The notes below the pieces were generated by a model. It ran no database searches, was not told the origin of the DNA, and saw only the letters and a list, made by a program, of their open reading frames with translations. DNA of 64,000 nt, taken from the NCBI GenBank assembly GCA_026931905.1, contig JAIXLB010000027.1, forward strand, positions 49,937-113,936. The letters are read 5' to 3'. Shown here piece after piece: positions 55,913-64,000 of the stretch. The stretch comes from Chitinophagales bacterium (lineage in GTDB: Bacteria > Bacteroidota > Bacteroidia > Chitinophagales > Chitinophagaceae). Position 1 is the first letter of the stretch. Every line of letters starts with the position of its first letter. The position numbers and the translations under genes are program-made.

Positions 55913-58042
55913 TTATGCTACTTTTTTCCATCTTAATCTTATACTGTTTATGGCTAAAACAACATCGCTTAAACCCATAATTAATGCACCTATCGTAGGA
56001 CTTAAAAAGCCTAATGCAGCAACAGGTATAGCAACAATATTATAAGAAAAAGCCCAGAATAAATTTTCTTTAATGGTGATATAAGTATGTCTTCCTAAAC
56101 CCAATGCTTCTGGCAAATTTTTTAATCCATGATTCATTAAAACTACTTGAGCACTTTGCATTGCAACCTGGCTTGCATCGCTCAAAGAAATGCCAACTGT
56201 TGCTTTTGCTAATGCTGGACCATCATTAATTCCATCACCAACCATTGCTGTAGGTGCAGCTTCATTAAGTTTTGTTATGTATTGTAATTTTTGTTCAGGG
56301 GTTTGTTCTGCAATAACTTCATCAATACCTAATGTTTGTTGCACTTGTAAGCATTTTTCTTTTTTATCGCCACTGAGTAAAATGGTTTTTATGCCTTTTG
56401 ATTGTAGTTTTTCAATAACATCTTTTGCTTCTTCTCTCAATTCGTCTTTAATATCTATCCAGCCAATAAGTTCATTATTTTTAGAAATATATACGTTGTG
56501 AAAATCATTATCATTAGAAAAAGTTGTTGTAGTTTTATAAGAACCTGCTATGTATTCATTGCCTTCTTTGTCTGTTGCTTTCATGCCTAACCCTTTTATT
56601 TCTTCTATGTTTGCCCAACGAATATCTTCTTTCATTTTCCATTCAGAAGCAATAGATTTTCCAATGGGATGATTGGAATATTTTTCTAAAGAAAATACAA
56701 TGCGTTTAAACTCATCTTCCTCTATGTGTGCTTTAAAATTTGATATAGAAAATTTTCCGGTAGTTAAAGTTCCTGTTTTATCAAAAACAACTTGTTTAAT
56801 GGATTTAAAAACTTCTAAGCTTCTTGCATTTTTAAACAAAATTCCTTTTTTAGCACCACGACCTAAACCAACAGCAATAGCTGCAGGTGTTGCTAAACCC
56901 ATTGCACAAGGGCAACTAATTACTAATACAGCAATGCTTCTTAATAAACTTTCAGCAAAGCTGTGTGAGGCAAAAAAATAATTGATTAATAAAGTAAGTA
57001 ATGCAATGCTTACAACAGTTGGAACAAATATGGCACTAATTTTATCTGCCATTTGTTGTACAGGAGGTTTTTCAGTTTCGGCATTTTTAATCATTTTTAA
57101 AATATTAGCCATTACTGTATCTTGACCTACGGCAGTAACTTGTGCTTTTACTGTGCCTGTTTCAATAATACTCCCTCCTATTAAATTATCTTTAGTAGCT
57201 TTTTTTACTGGAATGCTTTCTCCTGTTACAATAGCTTCATTTACTTCTGCTTCGCCCCACAATACTTTACAATCCATTGGTACATGCTCACCATTGCGAA
57301 TTAATACTAAATCGCCTACTCGTAAATCTTTACTTTCTACTTGAAAAATTTGTTCTTGATGTTTATCATCAAATGCAATCATGTTAGCCATTGTTTTTTG
57401 GGTAACAGCTAATTTTTTTAAGGCAGATTGTGTTTGTTCTACACTTTTATCTTCCATGTAATTACCTAAAAAAACAAGTGTTATTGTTGTGGCTGCTGTT
57501 TCGAAAAATAAAAATTCTTCTGCTCTGCCAATCAATAATCCATATAAGCTATAAAAGAATGCTGCAGTGCTACCTATGGTAATTAATACATTCATATTAG
57601 GTACACCTTTAGTAAGGCTTTTTATAGCACTTCTACCAAAAAAATCCATACCTACAATATATACAGGAATGGTAAGTATTAATTGTACATAAGGGTTCAT
57701 TAAAAAATGAATATGCACAAAAGGCAACATGTGCAACATGAGTGGTGCAGTAAATATGGCACAAAACCAAAAACGTTGTAAATTATTTTTAAAGGGTAAA
57801 AAGCCATAATAAACTTCATGGTCATGTCCTTCATGATTTTCTTTTTTTACTGTATAGCCTAATTGAGAAATTCCTTTTTCAATTTCTTGTAGTGGAGCAT
57901 CATCTGGTTTGTCAAAAGATACATCGCCACCAATAAAATTTACTTTTACATTTTCAAGTCCTTTTTCTTTTAAATATTTATCTATCGTTAAAGCACAATT
58001 TGTACAACTCATTCCACCAACTTTCATTTCTACTTTTTCCAT
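55913..58042 (-). CDS. copA: heavy-metal (Cu+-type) translocating P1B-type ATPase
   Basis: N-terminal HMA GMSCTNCA, a His-rich HEGHDHE, the TM CPC motif (SCPCAMGLATP), DKTGTLT and GDGINDGP. Confidence 0.88.
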   Translation of the reverse strand: MEKVEMKVGGMSCTNCALTIDKYLKEKGLENVKVNFIGGDVSFDKPDDAPLQEIEKGISQLGYTVKKENHEGHDHEVYYGFLPFKNNLQRFWFCAIFTAPLMLHMLPFVHIHFLMNPYVQLILTIPVYIVGMDFFGRSAIKSLTKGVPNMNVLITIGSTAAFFYSLYGLLIGRAEEFLFFETAATTITLVFLGNYMEDKSVEQTQSALKKLAVTQKTMANMIAFDDKHQEQIFQVESKDLRVGDLVLIRNGEHVPMDCKVLWGEAEVNEAIVTGESIPVKKATKDNLIGGSIIETGTVKAQVTAVGQDTVMANILKMIKNAETEKPPVQQMADKISAIFVPTVVSIALLTLLINYFFASHSFAESLLRSIAVLVISCPCAMGLATPAAIAVGLGRGAKKGILFKNARSLEVFKSIKQVVFDKTGTLTTGKFSISNFKAHIEEDEFKRIVFSLEKYSNHPIGKSIASEWKMKEDIRWANIEEIKGLGMKATDKEGNEYIAGSYKTTTTFSNDNDFHNVYISKNNELIGWIDIKDELREEAKDVIEKLQSKGIKTILLSGDKKEKCLQVQQTLGIDEVIAEQTPEQKLQYITKLNEAAPTAMVGDGINDGPALAKATVGISLSDASQVAMQSAQVVLMNHGLKNLPEALGLGRHTYITIKENLFWAFSYNIVAIPVAALGFLSPTIGALIMGLSDVVLAINSIRLRWKKVA

Positions 58043-58079
58043 TGAATAGCGTTTTATGTATAATAAAATTTTTCTACTA

Positions 58080-58087
58080 CAAAATTA
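58080..58087 (-). promoter_or_regulatory. -7 box TAATTTTG (minus strand) for copA
   Basis: Plus strand CAAAATTA, 37 nt upstream of the copA ATG (58042). Confidence 0.35.
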
Positions 58088-58124
58088 CTTTTATTATTCC
58101 TGAAAAATCTTAATGGCAAGCTAA

Positions 58125-58132
58125 TATATTTG
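58125..58132 (+). promoter_or_regulatory. -7 box TATATTTG for tsaE
   Basis: The box ends 4 nt before the ATG at 58137. Confidence 0.4.
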
Positions 58133-58136
58133 TATC

Positions 58137-58574
58137 ATGGATGCAATATTTACTTTACAATCCATTCAGGAGGTTACTGCTATGTTTTGGAAACGTTATA
58201 ACCAGCAAAAAGTTTGGGCTTTTTATGCTCCAATGGGTTCAGGAAAAACGACTTTTATTCATACATTGTGTACGCATGTACTACAAGTAAAAAATAATAT
58301 TGGAAGTCCTACTTTTTCTATCATTAATGAATATGATAGTCCTGTTGTAGGTACAGTATATCATACTGATTGGTATAGATTAAAAGATGAAGAAGAAGCA
58401 ATAAACATAGGTATTGAAGATATGTTAGCCAGTGGAAATTTGTGTTTAATAGAATGGGCTGAAAAAGCTCCTAATCTTTTGCCAGAAAATACTTTGCATA
58501 TTTATTTAGAAATTTTAGATGCGGATACAAGGCGAATTTTTGTAGAGAGTAATAAGGAAAATATTTTGAGTTGA
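58137..58574 (+). CDS. tsaE: tRNA t6A37 biosynthesis ATPase TsaE (YjeE)
   Basis: P-loop APMGSGKTTF, SPTFSI and HTDWYRL motifs; 145 aa. Confidence 0.85.
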   Translation: MDAIFTLQSIQEVTAMFWKRYNQQKVWAFYAPMGSGKTTFIHTLCTHVLQVKNNIGSPTFSIINEYDSPVVGTVYHTDWYRLKDEEEAINIGIEDMLASGNLCLIEWAEKAPNLLPENTLHIYLEILDADTRRIFVESNKENILS

Positions 58575-59852
58575 TTACTCATATCTCAGTGCATCAATAG
58601 GATTTAATTTAGAAGCTTTGTTTGCAGGATATAAACCTGCCAATAAACCTACTGCAGTACATATAATTATACCACCAATAACCCAAGCCCAAGGAATTAT
58701 GAAACCTGTTTTGAGATACATTGCAAAAAAGTTCCCCACTGTAATACCTAAAACAATACCAAATGCAGCACCCATAAGGCTTATAATCATACTTTCAAAA
58801 AGAAATTGCTGACGTACATTTTTTCTTTTACCACCAATGGCTTTTATTAAACCAACCTCTCTTGTTCGTTCATTAACTGCTACAAGCATGATATTCATTA
58901 AGCCAATAGCTGCTCCAATTAAAGTAATCATTCCTATGGCTCCTGCACTACCAGAAATGCCACTTAAAAAACCAATAAACATTTCTGCCAATTTATCGCT
59001 TTTTTCTATAGCAAAATTTTCGTCATCGGTAGGATGCAGTTTTCTAATACCTCTAAAAACTGCTGTGGCTTCATCAATAGCAAAATCCATTTGATTTACA
59101 TTATTTACCATTACACCAATTAAATAAGTAGGCGAAGCTGATGCAGCTTTTGAAGCATTGTTGTAGGAAGTGACTATAATATCATCTTGTCTCAAAAAAC
59201 CACTGGATCCTTTTTCTTTTAATAAGCCAATAACTCTGTAGGGCAATCCTCCAACTCTAATTATTTTATCAATAGATTTTTCTTGATTTTCACCAAACAA
59301 AACTTTGGCTGTATTGCTACCAATTAGGCAAACATTTCTGCCACTGTTTACATCAATACTATTTAAGTTTCTTCCTTCAACTATTGTATAGCCATTGACT
59401 GCTAAATAATTTTCATCGCCTCCAAAAACGGTTGTTACAGGATTTGTTTTTTTATTTTCGTAACTACATTCTACAGCACTTGCACCTCTTTTGTAAATAC
59501 TTACTATTGCAGGAAATGTATAGTTTTTTTTAAAATATTCGGCTTCTTCTTTTTCAATAAATTTATTTAAGTTGGAAGTTCTTACTACTTTTTTTCTTTT
59601 ATCTCTAAGTTCTGAATCACTGTTTCTTCTGCCTCCCATACGAATACTTAATTCTTTATATCGTATGCTGAATGCATTGTTGCCCATCATAGAAAAACTT
59701 TCTTTTAGGCTGTGTTCCATAGCTTGAATAGCTGTAATAATTCCCATTAATGCCATAATACCAAATGCAATAATAGCAACAGTTATACCTGTACGAAGTT
59801 TATTGCTTCGCACAGTATTAAATGCAGTTTGAAAAGAATCAATTAGTGTCAT
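58575..59852 (-). CDS. ABC transporter permease, FtsX/MacB-like
   Basis: N-terminal TM, a large periplasmic MacB_PCD-like domain and a C-terminal FtsX 3-TM bundle ending in NPIDALRYE. Confidence 0.85.
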   Translation of the reverse strand: MTLIDSFQTAFNTVRSNKLRTGITVAIIAFGIMALMGIITAIQAMEHSLKESFSMMGNNAFSIRYKELSIRMGGRRNSDSELRDKRKKVVRTSNLNKFIEKEEAEYFKKNYTFPAIVSIYKRGASAVECSYENKKTNPVTTVFGGDENYLAVNGYTIVEGRNLNSIDVNSGRNVCLIGSNTAKVLFGENQEKSIDKIIRVGGLPYRVIGLLKEKGSSGFLRQDDIIVTSYNNASKAASASPTYLIGVMVNNVNQMDFAIDEATAVFRGIRKLHPTDDENFAIEKSDKLAEMFIGFLSGISGSAGAIGMITLIGAAIGLMNIMLVAVNERTREVGLIKAIGGKRKNVRQQFLFESMIISLMGAAFGIVLGITVGNFFAMYLKTGFIIPWAWVIGGIIICTAVGLLAGLYPANKASKLNPIDALRYE

Positions 59853-59939
59853 GCAGTATATTAAATAATTACAATGAAGCTAAAAGTAGTATAAAAATAT
59901 TTTTTAAAATTTATTTTTTATGATTGGAAAATAAATATT

Positions 59940-61469
59940 TTAAACTTCTTCTTCAATTAAAATATTACCTGTCATTTCTTTTGGAATAGGCAAGTGCATG
60001 ATGTGCAAAATAGTGGGGGCAATATCTCCTAATTTTCCTGTACTCAATTTTCCATGCCATTTATTATCTATAACAAATAAAGGTACTAAGTTTAATGAGT
60101 GTTGGGTATTAGGAGTGCCATCTTCATTTATCATAAAATCTGCATTGCCATGATCTGCTGTTAATAGAATGGTGTAATCATGTTGTAATGCAGTTGTTAC
60201 CACTCTTTGTACACAATTATCTATGGTTTCTACAGCTTTTACAACTGCACTAAAAACGCCTGTATGCCCTACCATATCAGGATTTGCAAAGTTTAAACAA
60301 ATAAAATCTGCCGTTTCATTTTCAATTTCAGGAATTAAAGTATCAGTAACTTTTAATGCACTCATTTCTGGTTGCAAATCATAAGTTGCAACTTTGGGCG
60401 AAGGCACAATTATTCTTCTTTCGCCTTCAAATTCTTTTTCTCTTCCACCGCTAAAGAAAAAAGTAACGTGAGGGTATTTTTCAGTTTCTGCAATTCTTAT
60501 TTGTTTTTTTCCATCATTAGAAAGCACCTCCCCTAAAGTGTTATTTAGGTTATCGTTTTCAAACATTACATGTACATTATTATAAGTTGCATCATATTCT
60601 GTCATGGTGGTATAATGCAAGTTCATGCAGTGCATATTGTACTCAGCAAAGCTTTGCTGCGTTAATACAGTTGTAATTTCTCTACAACGGTCTGTTCTAA
60701 AATTAAAACATATTACAGCATCATCTTCTTTTATTTGTGCATCACCTGAATTTAGTTGAGTATTGATAATGGGTTTAAGAAATTCATCTGTAACACCTGC
60801 ATCATAACTATTTTTGATTGATGCCAATAAGTTATTACTTTGTTCGCCTTGAGCATGAACCAAAGCATTATAAGCAAGTTGAATTCTTTCCCAACGTTTA
60901 TCTCTGTCCATTGCATAATATCTGCCTGTAACAGTAGCAATTTTTGCATTTGTTTTTTCAATGTATTGTTGTAGTTCTTCTATAAATCCTAAACCACTTT
61001 TTGGATCGCAATCTCTGCCATCGGTAAAGGCATGAATAAATATTTTTTCAAGCCCGTTTTTATCAGCAACATCAACGATTGCTTTTAAATGATTGATGTG
61101 AGAATGTACACCACCATTGCTTACTAAGCCTATTAAATGCAGTGATTTATTGTTTTGTTTTACATATTGAATAGATTGCAATAAATGAGGATTTTGCTCA
61201 AACTCTCCATTGCGTATGGCAACATTAATTCGTTGTAACTCTTGATATACAATTCTTCCAGCTCCTAAATTCAAATGCCCCACTTCGCTGTTACCCATTT
61301 GTCGATCAGGCAAACCAACTGCTTCGCCACAGGTTACTAAAGTTGTATTAGGATATTTATTGAATAAAGATGAAACAAAGGGAACATGTGCATTTTGAAT
61401 TGCATCGGCTTGTTTATTTTTTCCTAAACCCCAGCCGTCCATTATTATTAAAATTACTTTTTTACTCAT
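59940..61469 (-). CDS. gpmI: 2,3-bisphosphoglycerate-independent phosphoglycerate mutase
   Basis: LIIMDGWG N-terminus, catalytic Ser context MGNSEVGHLNLGAGR and metal ligands ADHGNA; 509 aa. Confidence 0.93.
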   Translation of the reverse strand: MSKKVILIIMDGWGLGKNKQADAIQNAHVPFVSSLFNKYPNTTLVTCGEAVGLPDRQMGNSEVGHLNLGAGRIVYQELQRINVAIRNGEFEQNPHLLQSIQYVKQNNKSLHLIGLVSNGGVHSHINHLKAIVDVADKNGLEKIFIHAFTDGRDCDPKSGLGFIEELQQYIEKTNAKIATVTGRYYAMDRDKRWERIQLAYNALVHAQGEQSNNLLASIKNSYDAGVTDEFLKPIINTQLNSGDAQIKEDDAVICFNFRTDRCREITTVLTQQSFAEYNMHCMNLHYTTMTEYDATYNNVHVMFENDNLNNTLGEVLSNDGKKQIRIAETEKYPHVTFFFSGGREKEFEGERRIIVPSPKVATYDLQPEMSALKVTDTLIPEIENETADFICLNFANPDMVGHTGVFSAVVKAVETIDNCVQRVVTTALQHDYTILLTADHGNADFMINEDGTPNTQHSLNLVPLFVIDNKWHGKLSTGKLGDIAPTILHIMHLPIPKEMTGNILIEEEV

Positions 61470-61542
61470 GCTGTAAAGGTATGTTGATTTTAAATTGACC
61501 TATAAGGCATATAATATTTTACAAAAATCTTAGTATAAAACT

Positions 61543-61550
61543 TACTTTTG
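61543..61550 (+). promoter_or_regulatory. -7 box TACTTTTG upstream of rluB
   Basis: TAnnTTTG match 44 nt upstream of the ATG at 61595. Confidence 0.4.
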
Positions 61551-61594
61551 CTGCATTACAAAAAATCCTGTTGTAAAACAGCAAACTTAATAAT

Positions 61595-62638
61595 ATGAGT
61601 AAAAAAATAGCTGGTTTTGAAAAGTTCATGGGTAAAGAACTTAAAGGAGCTGCCAAGAAAGAAAAATTTCGTCAAGATAAAAGACAAGCCAAAGCAGCAG
61701 CAAGAGCTTTGGGTGAAGAAATGCGGTTTAAGAAAAAAATGAAAGACACAGGGCAAAGTGTTGAGAGTAAAGGGAAAGAAAAACCAGAAGCGTATAAAAA
61801 AAATCAGAAACCTAATTTTAAAACTTATAAGGATAATAATAAACCTACTCATTATTCTACACCTACAACACCCAAAAAATCCTCAGCATTAGCTCATGTA
61901 ATTCCTTTAAATAAATTTGTTGCTCATGCAGGCGTTTGTGGTAGAAGAGAAGCTGCTGAATTGGTAAAACAAGGCATTGTAACAGTTAATGGAACTGTAA
62001 TTACAGAACCAGGATTTAAAGTAACAGGCAGTGAAAAAATACTACTTAATGGAAAAAAATTATTCCTTCAGCACAACTTGGTTTATATTTTATTAAACAA
62101 GCCAAAAGATTTTATTACAACTGCTAAAGACCCTCAAGGAAGAAAAACAATATTTGATTTAATTAAAAATGCAACGCAAGAAAGAGTGTATTCTGTAGGT
62201 AGGTTGGATAGAAATACAACAGGTGTTTTATTATTAACCAATGATGGAGAATTGGCTCAAAAACTTACACACCCCTCGTTTGAAATAAAAAAAATTTATG
62301 AAGTAAAGCTAAATAAACCTGTTATTAAAAAAGATTTAGAAGCTATTGCAAGTGGCATTACTCTTGAAGATGGTTTTATAAAAGCTGATAGTGTTGCTTA
62401 TGCAGATGAAAAAGATAAAAGTATTATTGGCATTGAAATACATAGCGGCAAAAACAGAATTGTAAGAAGAATTTTTGAACACTTAGGTTATGATGTAAGA
62501 GGATTAGATAGAGTAATGTTTGCCAACCTTACTAAGAAAAATGTTGATAGAGGTAAATGGCGTATGCTTACAGAAAAAGAAGTAAGACTTTTAAAATTCA
62601 TGAACAAAAGCTTTGTAAAAAAGCAAACCATTGTATAA
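61595..62638 (+). CDS. rluB: 23S rRNA pseudouridine synthase RluB-like (RsuA/RluB family) with Lys-rich N-terminal extension
   Basis: S4 domain (LNKFVAHAGVCGRREAAELV) and the catalytic motif VGRLDRNTTGVLLLTNDG. An extension of about 100 aa, rich in Lys, precedes them. Confidence 0.85.
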   Translation: MSKKIAGFEKFMGKELKGAAKKEKFRQDKRQAKAAARALGEEMRFKKKMKDTGQSVESKGKEKPEAYKKNQKPNFKTYKDNNKPTHYSTPTTPKKSSALAHVIPLNKFVAHAGVCGRREAAELVKQGIVTVNGTVITEPGFKVTGSEKILLNGKKLFLQHNLVYILLNKPKDFITTAKDPQGRKTIFDLIKNATQERVYSVGRLDRNTTGVLLLTNDGELAQKLTHPSFEIKKIYEVKLNKPVIKKDLEAIASGITLEDGFIKADSVAYADEKDKSIIGIEIHSGKNRIVRRIFEHLGYDVRGLDRVMFANLTKKNVDRGKWRMLTEKEVRLLKFMNKSFVKKQTIV

Positions 62639-62654
62639 AACATTTTTGAGGAAT

Positions 62655-63365
62655 ATGCTACGACAAGAAATCATTTTTGAAAACGATTTTTTTATTGTAC
62701 TTAATAAACCTTCTGGCATGTTAAGTGTGCCAGATAGAAAACAATCTGAGCCATCGTTGAAAGATATTTTAGCAGATAAATATGGAGAAATTTTTACTGT
62801 TCATCGTTTAGATAAAGACACCAGTGGCATTATAATTTTTGCAAAAGATGCAATAACGCATAAAACATTGTCTCAGCTTTTTGAAGGAAGAGAAATAGAA
62901 AAATATTATGTAGGATTGGTTCATGGAAGTTTAATCAATTCTGCTGGAAGTATTGATGCACCTATTATGCAGCATCCTGCAAATAATGGCACAATGCTTA
63001 TTCATCAAAAAGGGAAACCTTCTTTAACTGATTATACTTTATTGGAAAATTTTAAATTTTTCTCTTGGGTACAATTTCAAATTCATACAGGACGAACACA
63101 TCAAATTCGCATTCATTCGCAATATATGGGCAATAGCATTGTATGTGATAATTTGTATGGCGATGGGAAACCCATTTTTCTTTCATCATTAAAAAAGAAA
63201 TTCAAACTTTCTAAAAATGCCGATGAAGAAAGAGCCATTTTAAACAGACTTGCCTTGCATGCTCAACAAATAAAATTCAATTTCAACAACGAAACATTTT
63301 CTTTTGAAGCTCCTTTGCCCAAAGACTTAAAAGCTTTGCTACAACAGCTAAGAAAAAACAATTAG
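62655..63365 (+). CDS. RluA-family pseudouridine synthase
   Basis: Catalytic HRLDKDTSG and TGRTHQIRIH. The ATG at 62655 is preferred over the TTG at 62631. Confidence 0.88.
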   Translation: MLRQEIIFENDFFIVLNKPSGMLSVPDRKQSEPSLKDILADKYGEIFTVHRLDKDTSGIIIFAKDAITHKTLSQLFEGREIEKYYVGLVHGSLINSAGSIDAPIMQHPANNGTMLIHQKGKPSLTDYTLLENFKFFSWVQFQIHTGRTHQIRIHSQYMGNSIVCDNLYGDGKPIFLSSLKKKFKLSKNADEERAILNRLALHAQQIKFNFNNETFSFEAPLPKDLKALLQQLRKNN

Positions 63366-63424
63366 AGCTTTTTCTCAAACCTCTGTTCTATTAATTTTTA
63401 AATTTTATTCACATAGTTTAGTGT

Positions 63425-63432
63425 TACTTTTG
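63425..63432 (+). promoter_or_regulatory. -7 box TACTTTTG upstream of the last ORF
   Basis: TAnnTTTG match 20 nt upstream of the ATG at 63453. Confidence 0.4.
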
Positions 63433-63452
63433 ATTTTACAAAATCTACAACT

Positions 63453-64000
63453 ATGCGTTGGTTATTAACTTTAATTACAATAAGTTTTTTTACAATTCAA
63501 GCAAATGCACAATGTGCTACCTATAAATTAACTTCTAAGGGCGACACTTTAAATTGCACTGATAAAGCAGGCAATAAAAGAGGTAAATGGAAAGTAAGAG
63601 TTGAGCCATTAAGAGGCAATCCTGGTTATGAAGAAGAAGGCGTTTTTGCTGATAACAGAAAAGAAGGTGTATGGCGTAGATATAATTTAATGGGCGATTT
63701 AATTGCTGTACAAAATTATAAGTGGGGAAATTTAGATGGTTTATCTCAATATTTTACAATAGCTGGAATTGAAAGAGAAGAAAGCTGGAAAGCCATGAAT
63801 CCAATAAATGCTTATGATACTTTTTTGGTAGAAGATGTAAATGATGAAAACCATTACGAACAAGTTATTTTACCTAATGATGGTAAGAGCATTAAGCATG
63901 GTCGTTGGACATGGTACAGACCAGGAAGCACTGGAATTATAAGAACTGAAATGTGGTCGTTGAATAAATTAGTTGTACCCAATGAAAATAAAAAAGAAGA
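63453..64000 (+). CDS. exported protein with MORN-variant/YwqK-like repeats, N-terminal part (ORF open to the right window edge)
   Basis: Not in the ORF track because no stop is reached. My hand translation from the ATG at 63453 stays open to nt 64000. Signal peptide MRWLLTLITISFFTIQANAQ and repeats such as KRGKWKV, KEGVWRRYNLMGDLIAVQNYKWGNLDG and KHGRWTWY. Confidence 0.55.
   Translation, partial: MRWLLTLITISFFTIQANAQCATYKLTSKGDTLNCTDKAGNKRGKWKVRVEPLRGNPGYEEEGVFADNRKEGVWRRYNLMGDLIAVQNYKWGNLDGLSQYFTIAGIEREESWKAMNPINAYDTFLVEDVNDENHYEQVILPNDGKSIKHGRWTWYRPGSTGIIRTEMWSLNKLVVPNENKKE

Noticed and set aside
61556-61852. 98-aa minus-strand ORF overlapping the 5' end of rluB.
   Set aside because: It is the Phe/Leu-rich complement of the AAA/AAG-rich (Lys) extension of rluB, which is a compositional artefact.
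1-64000. Search by eye for tRNA, rRNA, tmRNA, RNase P, riboswitches, CRISPR repeats, IS elements or transposases, integrases, toxin-antitoxin pairs, restriction-modification genes or known defence genes.
   Set aside because: None recognised. Intergenic regions are short (mostly under 200 bp) and are explained by promoters and terminators. A covariance-model scan (Infernal/Rfam, tRNAscan-SE) and a defence-system HMM scan would be the decisive checks.

Overview
This is an AT-rich (about one-third G+C by eye), very gene-dense chromosomal segment with more than 50 intact CDS and roughly 90% coding. I noticed no rRNA, tRNA, CRISPR array, IS element, integrase or prophage genes. The taxon is clearly Bacteroidota. 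The window holds the gliding/T9SS core operon gldK-gldL-gldM-gldN plus gldB, two cargo proteins with T9SS C-terminal sorting domains, and many Bacteroidota-type TAnnTTTG (-7) promoter boxes. It also shows phylum-typical synteny blocks: parA-parB-DUF5683-dapB, DUF3822-rsmD-lptB and DUF4271-hemD. The rest is mostly housekeeping: recO, lpdA, a 2-lipoyl PDH-type E2, mnmA, recQ, kpsF, mannose-1-P guanylyltransferase, nadD, recX, dnaN, obg, a CopA-like P-type ATPase, tsaE, gpmI and rluB plus an RluA-family synthase. Regulatory genes are a periplasmic-TPR histidine kinase with a LuxR-type regulator and an ECF sigma/anti-sigma pair; there is also a 1266-aa SWIM-SNF2 ATPase. I do not see a defence island or a compelling self-contained novel system, and the region reads as core genome. 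The best leads for undescribed biology are modest: (1) an edge-truncated operon of three exported proteins upstream of parAB; (2) the SWIM-SNF2 / tandem-DUF1599 pair divergent from an AlkA-type glycosylase; (3) a T10 homopolymer inside the predicted gldKLMN promoter spacer, plus hairpins between the gld cistrons; (4) conserved unknown-function partners tightly coupled to parB, rsmD and hemD; (5) a SemiSWEET next to an unlisted 49-aa membrane mini-ORF; (6) an orphan feoA; (7) several apparently leaderless transcripts. CDS coordinates follow the supplied ORF track, with starts trimmed where a promoter box or signal peptide argues for a downstream ATG. Hand-derived coordinates of short motifs may be off by 1-2 nt. 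All family names are assigned from motifs recognised by eye, not from database searches.
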